Positions 19,916 through 28,780 of a stretch of 64,000 nucleotides of DNA are shown in pieces. The DNA lies in assembly GCA_005843805.1 (NCBI GenBank), contig SZXY01000155.1, positions 20,717 through 84,716 on the forward strand, read 5' to 3'. Both the position numbers and the translations under genes were made by a program. The notes beneath the pieces are model-generated. The model was not told the origin of the DNA, did not search any database, and saw only the letters and a program-made list of their open reading frames with translations. Origin of the DNA: Chlorobium sp. GTDB taxonomy: Bacteria; Bacteroidota; Chlorobiia; Chlorobiales; Chlorobiaceae. Every line of letters begins with the position of its first letter. Within the stretch, counting starts at the first letter, position 1.

Positions 19916-21247
19916 TCACTCAGCAGACCTGGAATCAACAGAGCGGCCTTCATCAGGCTTTGAGGATTCTGCCAGTGGTGAGGCAAGCACCTTGTCGATT
20001 CTCTGACCATCGAGATCGACAATTTCGAGACTCCAGTTTTCCCAGGTCATAATGTCACCAGTCTGGGGCATACGCCCGAGCAACCACATCATAAGACCAC
20101 TGAGAGTATGATAGAGACCTTTATCCTCTTCAGGTACAGATTTCAGTTCAAGCGTGTCCTTAAGTTCAGGTACAGGAATGAGTCCATCGAGCAGCCAGGA
20201 ACCATCCTTGCGTTCCACAGCCCACGAATCCTCACTATTGCGAGGCACAAACTCACCAGTCACGGCTTCCAGCATATCCTGCAAGGTAACAAGCCCCTGA
20301 ATCTCGCCATACTCGTCAACCACAAAAACCATCTGGGTACCAGAGGTCCTGAAATGATCGAGCAATTCCATGCCGGTAAGGGTTTCAGGCACATAGACAC
20401 ATGGCTGCAATTGAGAGGTAAATTCCGTCAGTCCGCCTTTCAGGGTTTTCGACAAAAGCTGTTTGGCATTGACAACCCCGAGAAGAGATTGAAGACCACC
20501 ATTGCAAACAGGAAAACGGGAGTGTTCAGACTCTGTCACTCTCCTGATATTCTCTTCCAGAGGACGGGACACATCGAGTGAGACAATATCTGCTCTTGGA
20601 ACCATAAGAGAACCAAGTTGACGGTCATCGAGGCGGAATACATTGCGAACCATTTCATGTTCATGCTGCTCAATAACCCCCGCTTCAGAACCCTCCTCAA
20701 GCATGGCATGGATCTCCTCCTCTGTAACACTCGGCATTATCTGCGGATGTTTTCCCATCAAGCGAAGAATGGTATCTGTCGAAGCCGTCAGGAGCCTCCC
20801 GAACGGACGGGTTATCGTCGCCAGCATCCGCATAGGGCGTGCAACCAGGCAGGCAATTCCTTCCGGATTGAACTGGCCAAGACGCTTAGGAACAAGCTCT
20901 CCGATCACAATGGTAACATAGGTAATCGAAAGCACGACAACGGCGGTGGAAATAATGTGGCTTGGTTCCAGCTCCACTCCGAAAGACTGAAGCCTGAGAG
21001 CCAAAGGGGTTGCAAGAGCACCTTCACCGACAATACCGTTAAGGATACCAATAGAGGTAATGCCGATCTGGATAGTTGAAAGAAACCTTGTCGGCTCCTG
21101 GCCAAGCTTGATTGCAATATCCGCCGATTTTTCGCCATCTTCGGCAAGTTTTGAAAGCCGTGCCTTTTTTGCCGTTACCAGGGCAATTTCAGACATGGCA
21201 AAAAGGCCGTTGACTATAATCAGAAAAAAAAGAAAGAGTATTTCCAT
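19916..21247 (-). CDS. Hemolysin-family HlyC/CorC transporter (DUF21 + 2xCBS + CorC_HlyC)
   Basis: NGLFAMSEIAL, STIQIGIT, GELVPK, HSRFPV and VVDEYG...GLVTLQD motifs. Confidence 0.93.
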   Translation of the reverse strand: MEILFLFFLIIVNGLFAMSEIALVTAKKARLSKLAEDGEKSADIAIKLGQEPTRFLSTIQIGITSIGILNGIVGEGALATPLALRLQSFGVELEPSHIISTAVVVLSITYVTIVIGELVPKRLGQFNPEGIACLVARPMRMLATITRPFGRLLTASTDTILRLMGKHPQIMPSVTEEEIHAMLEEGSEAGVIEQHEHEMVRNVFRLDDRQLGSLMVPRADIVSLDVSRPLEENIRRVTESEHSRFPVCNGGLQSLLGVVNAKQLLSKTLKGGLTEFTSQLQPCVYVPETLTGMELLDHFRTSGTQMVFVVDEYGEIQGLVTLQDMLEAVTGEFVPRNSEDSWAVERKDGSWLLDGLIPVPELKDTLELKSVPEEDKGLYHTLSGLMMWLLGRMPQTGDIMTWENWSLEIVDLDGQRIDKVLASPLAESSKPDEGRSVDSRSAE

Positions 21248-21654
21248 ACATTCATTTTTGAACCCTTCGGGACAATAGCGCTTTATGATGACTGCCGCAA
21301 CACATACGGCAGAATCCCGAAAAGTTCCGTTCTTGCGATACTATAATTTCAATGCTACCAGCTACACTTTTATTCAGTAATTTCCAAAAAAGTCATTAGT
21401 ACTATTTCGGGGCAAACTCAACATCTCCTGTTCTCAAAAAAAACGCTAAAGTACAGCAAAGCTGATTACACGGGTAGTAACATGCAAAAAAGTTAAAAGA
21501 TTCATGCCAGCTCAATATGCTTGCGCCAAACGCTTATCGTTGTGTAGTCCTGACACAAGAGCAAAAACTCCCTGCAGGCTGGCATGAACCCCCAATCAAC
21601 ACCATTGACGGCACCCCTTGTAATCCTGTGAGGGGAGGGCTGCACACAATCATT

Positions 21655-22068
21655 TTACTTATGAACAAAAACAAATGCTTTTACCTTTGCAACAAACTGG
21701 TTATCTGTCAGCCGCTCGCAGGTTTCAACTGCAACAACCTTGTTGTGCATCAGATTGACCTTTTCAATCTCTTTGGCCAGCTCACGTTTTGCCTCACCGG
21801 GTCCAAAAAGAGCAATGTGATCTGAATCCCCGAGCAGTTTTATGACTTTCTGATAAAAAACGTGATACTGGTGCTTGCGGATTTCGTCAGATTTCTGCTC
21901 TTTCGACACTGACTGGGCAACTACCGTACCTCCTGATTTCCAGCCACCAGATGGCCTGAAATGGCTTTCAGCACCAGACTCCACCCTCTCTACAGCAATC
22001 TGATCACCTTCAGTTGAAACCAGAATGGCTTCTTTGTGATCAATCCAAAGACCTGTGTTTTTTTTCAT
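21655..22068 (-). CDS. Hypothetical protein, host-attachment/release-factor (eRF1 domain-2)-like
   Basis: 137 aa; N-terminal GLWIDHKEAILV and LFGPGEAKREL motif; GGAGG RBS-like sequence upstream. Confidence 0.7.
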   Translation of the reverse strand: MKKNTGLWIDHKEAILVSTEGDQIAVERVESGAESHFRPSGGWKSGGTVVAQSVSKEQKSDEIRKHQYHVFYQKVIKLLGDSDHIALFGPGEAKRELAKEIEKVNLMHNKVVAVETCERLTDNQFVAKVKAFVFVHK

Positions 22069-22250
22069 GGCACTTTACCTCCTTCTGTGATAATTATCCT
22101 GAAAAGCATGACAGGCATTCACTGACACAAAAGCACTTCTCCATAAAGATAACCAATCGTGCGGCTGTTCCGGTATTTTTTCACCCATTGAGCAGAGAGT
22201 ACCAGTAAAAAATCCGGCTTTTTCTGAGTCGCCTCGCAACAGCAAAACCG

Positions 22251-23657
22251 TCACAAATTACCCGAGTCTTTTTTTATGACATAAATACCATACTTCCGCA
22301 TTCTTCTTATGAGGGCATAACGACTGATTCCAAGAACCTCCGCCGCGATTACTTGATTATATTCACACTCTTCGAGTGCTTTTCGTATTATATCGACCTC
22401 ATTCACATTGAGATTAACTCCTGTATATTCTTTTCTTCCTGGCGAAGAGTAATTGAAGAGCAATGGCAAATCACTAACCTCAAGTGATTTGCCATTGGAA
22501 AGAATTATAGCTCTTTCAGCAAGGTTTCTCAGCTCCCTTATATTTCCAGGAAAGCTATACTTTCCAAGTACCTCAAAAACCTCATCTGCAATATACTGAA
22601 TTGGTTTGTTTATTTTTTTTGAAAACTCTTCCGTAAAATCGATCAACAGAGGTCCAATATCCTCCGTTCTTTCTCTGAGAGGCGGAATATGTATGTGAAG
22701 AGTATTAAGCCTGTGAAGCAAATCCAGCCTGAACTTGTGTTCATTAACCATTTTCTGGAGATCACAATTTGTTGCCGAAATCAAGCGGAATTTCGTTTGT
22801 ATCGGCTTGGTATCACCAACTCTTGTAATTGTCCTTTCTTCTACAGCACGCAGAATTTTTGACTGAAGATTAAACGGCATATCGGCTATTTCATCAAGAA
22901 ACAATGTCCCCTCATTGCAGACTTCAAATAATCCCTTTTTATCAGATATCGCGCCGGTAAAAGAGCCTTTCTTGTGGCCGAAAAACTCGCTTTCAATGAG
23001 TGACTCACTAATGGCACTGCAGTTGACTGCGCCAAAGTAATTACCCTTTTGCTCACTCATATAGTGGATAAGTCTTGCAAAAACCTCTTTACCAGTGCCG
23101 CTTTCACCCGTTATAAGAACATTAATATCGGAATACTGAGACGCTTTTTTGGCTAATTCATAAATCTTGATTATTTGCGGACTTTTACCGATACAATGAC
23201 GTCCGATTTTCGATTCAATATCGGTCGTTATCAATGAATACTTCTCTTCAATCTGAGATAATCTCCTCTGCATCTGAAGGTACTTTTGCGTGCGCTCAAT
23301 CGCTATCTGTATATCTATATACCTCAGTGGCTTTCGCATATAGTCAAATGCACCAAGCCGAACAGACTGTATGACAGTATCCATATCACCATGCGCAGAA
23401 ACCATGATAACTTCGATATTGGGATAGAGGGATTTGACATCCCTTAAAACATCAAGCCCATTTGCTCTTGGCAGACGCACATCAAGAATAAGCAAATCAA
23501 TATCATGCTTGCTTAAAATTGCATATCCCTCTTCAGTCGTATTTGCAGAAAAAGGAATAAAACCTGAATTCTGCAAATAATCCTTGATTTCATTGGTAAA
23601 ATCAATTTCATCATCAAGTATCAAAACCTTGATTTGGCCAATATATTTACTGTTCAT
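22251..23657 (-). CDS. Sigma54-dependent response regulator (NtrC family: REC-AAA-Fis HTH)
   Basis: ILDDE, LILDVRLP (phospho-Asp), ITGESGTGKE, ESEFFGHKKGSFTGA, LFLDEI, FPGNIREL and C-terminal HTH. Confidence 0.95.
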   Translation of the reverse strand: MNSKYIGQIKVLILDDEIDFTNEIKDYLQNSGFIPFSANTTEEGYAILSKHDIDLLILDVRLPRANGLDVLRDVKSLYPNIEVIMVSAHGDMDTVIQSVRLGAFDYMRKPLRYIDIQIAIERTQKYLQMQRRLSQIEEKYSLITTDIESKIGRHCIGKSPQIIKIYELAKKASQYSDINVLITGESGTGKEVFARLIHYMSEQKGNYFGAVNCSAISESLIESEFFGHKKGSFTGAISDKKGLFEVCNEGTLFLDEIADMPFNLQSKILRAVEERTITRVGDTKPIQTKFRLISATNCDLQKMVNEHKFRLDLLHRLNTLHIHIPPLRERTEDIGPLLIDFTEEFSKKINKPIQYIADEVFEVLGKYSFPGNIRELRNLAERAIILSNGKSLEVSDLPLLFNYSSPGRKEYTGVNLNVNEVDIIRKALEECEYNQVIAAEVLGISRYALIRRMRKYGIYVIKKDSGNL

Positions 23658-25842
23658 TTTTATTCCCCTTATGCGGAAGAGTAATAATCACACAAGTTCC
23701 ATTTCTGGGCGAACTCTTTATTTTAATATCTCCGTTCATTTCCTTAATGATTCTATAACTGATTGAAAGGCCAAGACCTGTCCCTTTTCCAGAATCTTTT
23801 GTTGTATAAAACGGATGCATAATATACTCTATATTTTCTTGACTGATACCTATTCCATTATCTTCAACAGTTACAACTATTGAGTCTTTCTCATAATATG
23901 ACTGAACAAGTATCTTCATCTCAAAACTCTTTGCATTATCCTGTTTTATCTCTTCAAGAGCATCTATTGAATTTTTAATTAAATTAAGAATCACCTGCTC
24001 AAACTTGTACATGTTACCAGTAACAGACAAATTATCTTGTCTTGGCTTAAAATCAAGAGTTATAGATTTGTTTTTACATTGCTCTGAAACCATTAACAAA
24101 GCGTTTCTAATGCTTTGATTAATATTGACAACTGAAGAAATATAATTTTTATCCGTACTGGAAAATGATCTGATATTATCAATTATTGTTTGGACTCTCA
24201 ATATATTTTCAAATATTTTTTCAGATTTTATCTTAATTGCTTTTTTACTGTCCCAATTATATTTGTCAGCATCCATAAGCAGGTTATCAACAATTAATCC
24301 GATGTTATTAATTGGTTGATAAATTTCATGAGCAATGCCAGATGCCATCTCACCAAGACTTATCAGCCTTTTTGCATGAAACAGCTCACTTTCTATGATT
24401 TTTCGCTGTGAAATATCGCGAATAATAATCATATATGATGAAGGGGCACCATCAAAGTCCTGAATTAAGGCAGCGCTTATTTCCGCCGAATAAATCATGT
24501 TATTTTTCTTTTTCAGCAGAATTTCCCTGTTTTGGATCAAACCATCATAAAGTGCGATTTCAAGGATTTTATTCAAAATTTTTATGTCATCCGAATGAAC
24601 AAGAATTGAAAATGGCATTCCAATAAGCTCCGCCCGGTCATTGGTGCCATACAAATCAAGACCCATATCAGAAATACTGGTAATGTTGCCCTGCAAATCC
24701 GTAGTGATAATGCTGTCGGGTGATGCCGCAATAAGGGTCTGGTATTTTTGGTCCAACTTTCTTTGGGCTTTTTCTGATTTATTTCGCTCGTTTGACTTTA
24801 CAATAAAAATGGCCAAAGAATCTATTTTTCCGGATTTATCATAAACAGGATAAACTGAAATCTGATAGATACATTCACCTGAGTAATTTGCATTGCAGTG
24901 AGTTTTTGAGCACTTATCCTGAAAATGAACTGGCTCACCAGTGTAATAAACAAGTTCGAAATTTGCTTTTCTGTGTTTCTGCAACTCGCAGGAAAACAGA
25001 GTATGAAAATTATGCCCTTTCAGGTTGTTCGACTCTATATCGAGGATTTCGTAAAAATCTTTATTTGCATCAAGTACTGTTCCATCTAAAGCTAAAGAGC
25101 AGAAAGGCTCGGTACTTGATTTCAGAATAGTATCAAGATCACCGGTATTGATCCTGTGAATGATATCCTCTTTTTTTGATTCAGTAATATCAATGCTGAT
25201 GCCCATGTAGCGACTCACGACGCCATCTGCATTCCTGGATGGAAATCCCTGAATCATAAGCCGCCGGGCGGAGCCATCAGCAGGGTTGACATGGCAGACT
25301 ATGTTAAACTTGACACTCTTTGCCGCAGCGTTCCGGATGGTTTTTTGGGTAAGCTCCCTTTCTTCTGGTGCAACAAACTGCAGCCAAACATCATAAGTGG
25401 CTTCACAGGAATGCTCACTCAGGCCGAAAAGTGTTCGCAACTCATCAGACCAAATCATTTTTCCATTGTCAGGATTCCACTCCCAGATACCCGTAGTCAT
25501 TGTTTGGACAGGAGAAAGAACCAGTACCAGTTCCCCTTTATGCTCGCTATATGCCGAAACGTCGAGCCACTTGTCCAACTCATGAAGGTAAAATTCAAAG
25601 CTTTCCGTAATCCCACTCTCTACCACCCGACCCAATCGCTCAAAGAACTCTGGATTGGAGTAAAGTAAACCAGGAATAACTTCGGTCATTTTCCGCCCCT
25701 CGACACCCTGATGCCCAATCATTTGTTCAAAAGCCGGGTTGACTACATCGTAAGTATAATCCACTGGCCGATCATCCTGAAAAACCATACTACAGCAGGC
25801 GTAGCCGCGAGATATTTTGCTGAAAAAATTACGGTAATGCAT
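23647..25842 (-). CDS. Multi-PAS sensor histidine kinase (NtrB-like); likely the 3' remnant of a longer gene
   Basis: H-box LGEMASGIAHEIYQP, N-box QVILNLIKNSIDA, G-boxes DNGIGI / FYTTK / GTGLGL; four PAS-like repeats; overlaps the regulator start. Confidence 0.92.
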   Translation of the reverse strand: MHYRNFFSKISRGYACCSMVFQDDRPVDYTYDVVNPAFEQMIGHQGVEGRKMTEVIPGLLYSNPEFFERLGRVVESGITESFEFYLHELDKWLDVSAYSEHKGELVLVLSPVQTMTTGIWEWNPDNGKMIWSDELRTLFGLSEHSCEATYDVWLQFVAPEERELTQKTIRNAAAKSVKFNIVCHVNPADGSARRLMIQGFPSRNADGVVSRYMGISIDITESKKEDIIHRINTGDLDTILKSSTEPFCSLALDGTVLDANKDFYEILDIESNNLKGHNFHTLFSCELQKHRKANFELVYYTGEPVHFQDKCSKTHCNANYSGECIYQISVYPVYDKSGKIDSLAIFIVKSNERNKSEKAQRKLDQKYQTLIAASPDSIITTDLQGNITSISDMGLDLYGTNDRAELIGMPFSILVHSDDIKILNKILEIALYDGLIQNREILLKKKNNMIYSAEISAALIQDFDGAPSSYMIIIRDISQRKIIESELFHAKRLISLGEMASGIAHEIYQPINNIGLIVDNLLMDADKYNWDSKKAIKIKSEKIFENILRVQTIIDNIRSFSSTDKNYISSVVNINQSIRNALLMVSEQCKNKSITLDFKPRQDNLSVTGNMYKFEQVILNLIKNSIDALEEIKQDNAKSFEMKILVQSYYEKDSIVVTVEDNGIGISQENIEYIMHPFYTTKDSGKGTGLGLSISYRIIKEMNGDIKIKSSPRNGTCVIITLPHKGNKNEQ

Positions 25843-25857
25843 CTTGTTTTTGTGAAG

Positions 25858-26577
25858 CTAGTTTTCCGTCAGATTAACCGATCTAATATCAGATAAAAAA
25901 ATAAGCAACTGATTGATCTCTCCATCTTTGGAAGATACCGGATAGATCGTATGAAGTGAGGCCCATCCTTCCGATTCCTCTTCAAAAGAGCATTGTTGAG
26001 CGGTCAGAGTAACATCTTCAATCTTTTTTCTCCACTGTCCGGCAACTTACGGTGAAATTAAGTTATAAATAGTCAGACCAAGAATCGCATCTCCTTCTTT
26101 GCCAAACCGTTCCTCAAACGCATCGTTGAAGAGAAGGATCTTACCGTGACGATCTACAAGAAACACAGGTTAAGGCGAAACATCAAACAATGAATTGACA
26201 GAGTTATTCCATTCCGATCTATCCATATTTTTGGGGATACTGAAAATCACAGCCGCTCCTGATATTTCTCCGTTTTCATGATAGAGAGAAAAAATCTTGC
26301 CAACCATCCAGCAAACGCTTTCACGTCGCTCAGCAGGAACGACTTGCAAGTCAACATCACACGCTTTCGACGAAAAATGAGTTCAGGAAACAGATTCCGG
26401 TCATCCTTTCCAACCCGCACCACCCTCTGTCCAAACCGGTTACACCCTTTGCACCTGGTTCATAAACACCATCCTGCCACAACTACCGATAACGATAACA
26501 CTGGGAACTCAACATTGTTCATAATAATGAGACTCAATTCCCTTCTTAGAACGAACAAGCATTGCCTTGTCGTTCAT
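25858..26577 (-). pseudogene. Decayed 5' PAS-domain region of the histidine kinase
   Basis: In the kinase frame: ...LFDVSP*PVFLVDRHGKILLFNDAFEERFGKEGDAILGLTIYNLISP*VAGQWRKKIEDV...TIYPVSSKDGEINQLLIFLSDIRSVNLTEN*LHKNKM. Stops at 26170-72, 26047-49 and 25858-60; a further PAS start (PSVIVIGSCGRMVFMN) follows TGA 26509-11. Confidence 0.8.
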
Positions 26578-27065
26578 GATGAAGCCCGAAAATACATGAA
26601 GAATAGAAACACGACAACATGAGTCTGGCATAAAATAATTTATTAAACCGTTCTCCAGCAGCAACAACGCCTTCGAAAGAAAACAGCCCGCCAGACTCCG
26701 CAAATTGAGTTTAAGAAAGTGTGCAAACTAATTCAACCCGGGAAGCTCTTTGCCACTTTAATAAAACATTCAAATAATCACCATTGTTTTCTCAAAGTTT
26801 GCATGATTACCATTACGACACTCCAAAACAGAATATCTGCACAAAAACACCAGTAATTATCTGCTGGCGTTTAAGAAAGTACTCTTTTTTTATGTTTCAT
26901 TTAAGGGAAAAGAAAAATCATATACCGTCAGCAGAAGAGGAGGATACTCCACAAAAGAGAGCAATGCGTAGGGGTGGAGTGAAAGAGAGTAAACATGATG
27001 AAAATCCATACAATCAGCGCATTTCAGAGCAACTGCGATAAACTCCAGGAGAGACCGTTATAAAT

Positions 27066-27100
27066 CAGAAAAGCCCCTTCCGCGAGGAGGGGCTTTTCTG
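27066..27100. terminator. Bidirectional intrinsic terminator
   Basis: CAGAAAAGCCCCT-N9-AGGGGCTTTTCTG, a 13-bp inverted repeat with T tracts on both strands, downstream of 27201..27452. Confidence 0.85.
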
Positions 27101-27200
27101 AAAAAACACTGATGACCGTGTTCATATATCATCATCATTGGCATTAAAGCTCAAATGGTCATCACTACTTTTTGTTCTCAGCGTAGCTGAAAGCTATAGC

Positions 27201-27452
27201 TTATTTGCCTGCTGCTGGTGCTGCTGCAGGAGCTGCTGCTGGTGCATCTGCCTTCTTGGCTGCTGCTTTCTTTACTGCTTTCTTTGCTTTAGGAGCTTTC
27301 TTTGCTTTAGGAGCTTCAGCTTTTGCATCAGCTTTTGCTGCAGCAACTGCAGGCTTTGCAGGAGCTGCGGTCTCAGCAGCGAAAGAAACACCACCAAACA
27401 GTCCGGTCATGGCAAGAGATACAACGATACCAGCAATAAGATTCTTTTTCAT
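27201..27452 (-). CDS. Small secreted Ala/Lys/Pro-rich protein (Asr / histone-H1-like low complexity)
   Basis: Signal peptide MKKNLIAGIVVSLAMTGLFGGVSFA|A; mature part AETAAPAKP...APKAKKAPKAKK...AAPAAAPAAGK; followed by a terminator. Confidence 0.8.
   Translation of the reverse strand: MKKNLIAGIVVSLAMTGLFGGVSFAAETAAPAKPAVAAAKADAKAEAPKAKKAPKAKKAVKKAAAKKADAPAAAPAAAPAAGK
27280..27315. repeat. 2 x 18-bp tandem repeat encoding (APKAKK)2
   Basis: TTCTTTGCTTTAGGAGCT twice, exact. Confidence 0.85.
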
Positions 27453-27712
27453 GTGTTATTTACTTAGTAATTAAAAAAAAACAGAATTCTTTCATTTTCC
27501 TTCCTGTAATTAGTACGCGCCCCGCTCGATTTTCTTTCAAAAATCTTGTACAATTAAATTCTTGTCTCTGTTGCAGAAATATCCCCAACTGCGAAGTTCC
27601 GGCCAGTTGTGAAAAACAGGATCGGATCAGACCGCTCCCACTACAGACGGAATGCTCATCCGGCGAGATCAGCCGGAAATCAATTCGCCATGAAATATCT
27701 GGCAGCACTCAT

Positions 27713-27934
27713 TCAGACACCTTTTTTCAGTGTCGAATTAAGCTTTCTCATTGCTTCCTTCTGGCCCGCAATACGCGCTTCAAGCTTCATCTGAAACGCT
27801 TCCAGATATTTCGGAGATGGCACATCCCTGCCGAAAAGCCCCAGATGTATGGTACAGGGAGCCTTTCCAAACTCGGCAGCCAGCTCCTTTATTATTCCCC
27901 GATAAGGATATCGACGAAGATCAAGCCGTTTCAT
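27713..27934 (-). CDS. Small Cro-like HTH protein
   Basis: 73 aa, basic; IIKELAAEFGKAPCTIHLGL fits an HTH; divergent from a CI-like gene with a 67-bp gap. Confidence 0.6.
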   Translation of the reverse strand: MKRLDLRRYPYRGIIKELAAEFGKAPCTIHLGLFGRDVPSPKYLEAFQMKLEARIAGQKEAMRKLNSTLKKGV

Positions 27935-28001
27935 ATTTATTGCGTTTAACTATATTTAGCTTATGTTTTAGGTATAGTCAAGGTAAATCAAATATTTGAA
28001 T

Positions 28002-28562
28002 ATGTCAAGCAAGAAAATCAAAAACGTGCTTGACGTGCTTGAGAGACTCAAAAAAGGAGCAGGATACCCTACTGATGCATCTTTAGCCCGTGCGCTCGGT
28101 GTTGGCAACAGCCGGATCTCCATGTGGAAAAAGCGTGGCGTGATTGATTTGCTGCTTTTAAGTCAAAAATTTGAAGGTTTAAACGTTGACTGGCTGCTTA
28201 CGGGTGACGGGAAAATGTTTGGAGAAAAAGGGAGCGTCAAACAAAAAAGCAACATCACGCCACTGCCCGGTCATGTGAAGCTTACCGAACTCGAAGAGGA
28301 TAGCCGCCAGTACAGCCCTGCCCCCACTGGATCAGGCCGTTACAAGCCAATAATGGCCATTGGCAGCAAGATGACACCAGAGAACATCCAGGAGGGAGAC
28401 ATTATCTATATCGACACAGAGATGACTCCCCAGGATGGAGACTACGTGCTCCGCAAAGCCGAAGACGCACCCGAAATATCCCAATACAAATCCGGCGATC
28501 CCCAGCCAATCGGCGTAATCATCAAGCTTATTCGCAATTTCCCGGCCTCTGACCGACAATAA
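28002..28562 (+). CDS. Phage CI-type repressor (CI HTH + degenerate S24-like domain)
   Basis: TDASLARALGVGNSRISMWKKRG...LNVDWLLTGDGKMF; C-terminus AIGSKMTPENIQEGDIIYID...PQDGDYV. ATG 28002 preferred over TTG 27996. Confidence 0.8.
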   Translation: MSSKKIKNVLDVLERLKKGAGYPTDASLARALGVGNSRISMWKKRGVIDLLLLSQKFEGLNVDWLLTGDGKMFGEKGSVKQKSNITPLPGHVKLTELEEDSRQYSPAPTGSGRYKPIMAIGSKMTPENIQEGDIIYIDTEMTPQDGDYVLRKAEDAPEISQYKSGDPQPIGVIIKLIRNFPASDRQ

Positions 28563-28780
28563 TTCAGCCATCTTCAACTGAAGCAGTACTTCTCCTTCGT
28601 TCCATTTTACTTGCGACAAGCTGGACACAGAGTTGTCAATGATGGATGTTATATTCAAGCCATAACCCCATCATTTTCTTGTACGGCATGGCAATACTTC
28701 AGACAACCATTCCATTGATTCGGGGATAGCACTGCTGCCGGATAACCACGATGATCGAAAGCTTTAAATCGAGACTGACT

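Noticed and set aside
21248-22250. Sigma54 (-24/-12) promoter for the adjacent NtrC-type regulator
   Set aside because: TGGCA hits lack the TTGC at the correct spacing or are in the wrong orientation.
25858-26511. Stop-codon reassignment or read-through explaining the in-frame stops upstream of the kinase
   Set aside because: All three stop types occur, there are frameshifts too, and all other genes use TAA/TAG/TGA as normal stops.
27460-27708. 82-aa ORF starting 4 bp after the cro-like gene
   Set aside because: Its position is phage-operon-like, but the sequence has no recognisable motif and runs into the promoter region of the next gene; not supportable as a CDS.
28332-28658. 108-aa minus-strand ORF
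   Set aside because: Mostly antisense to the CI-like gene; TTG start; no motif.
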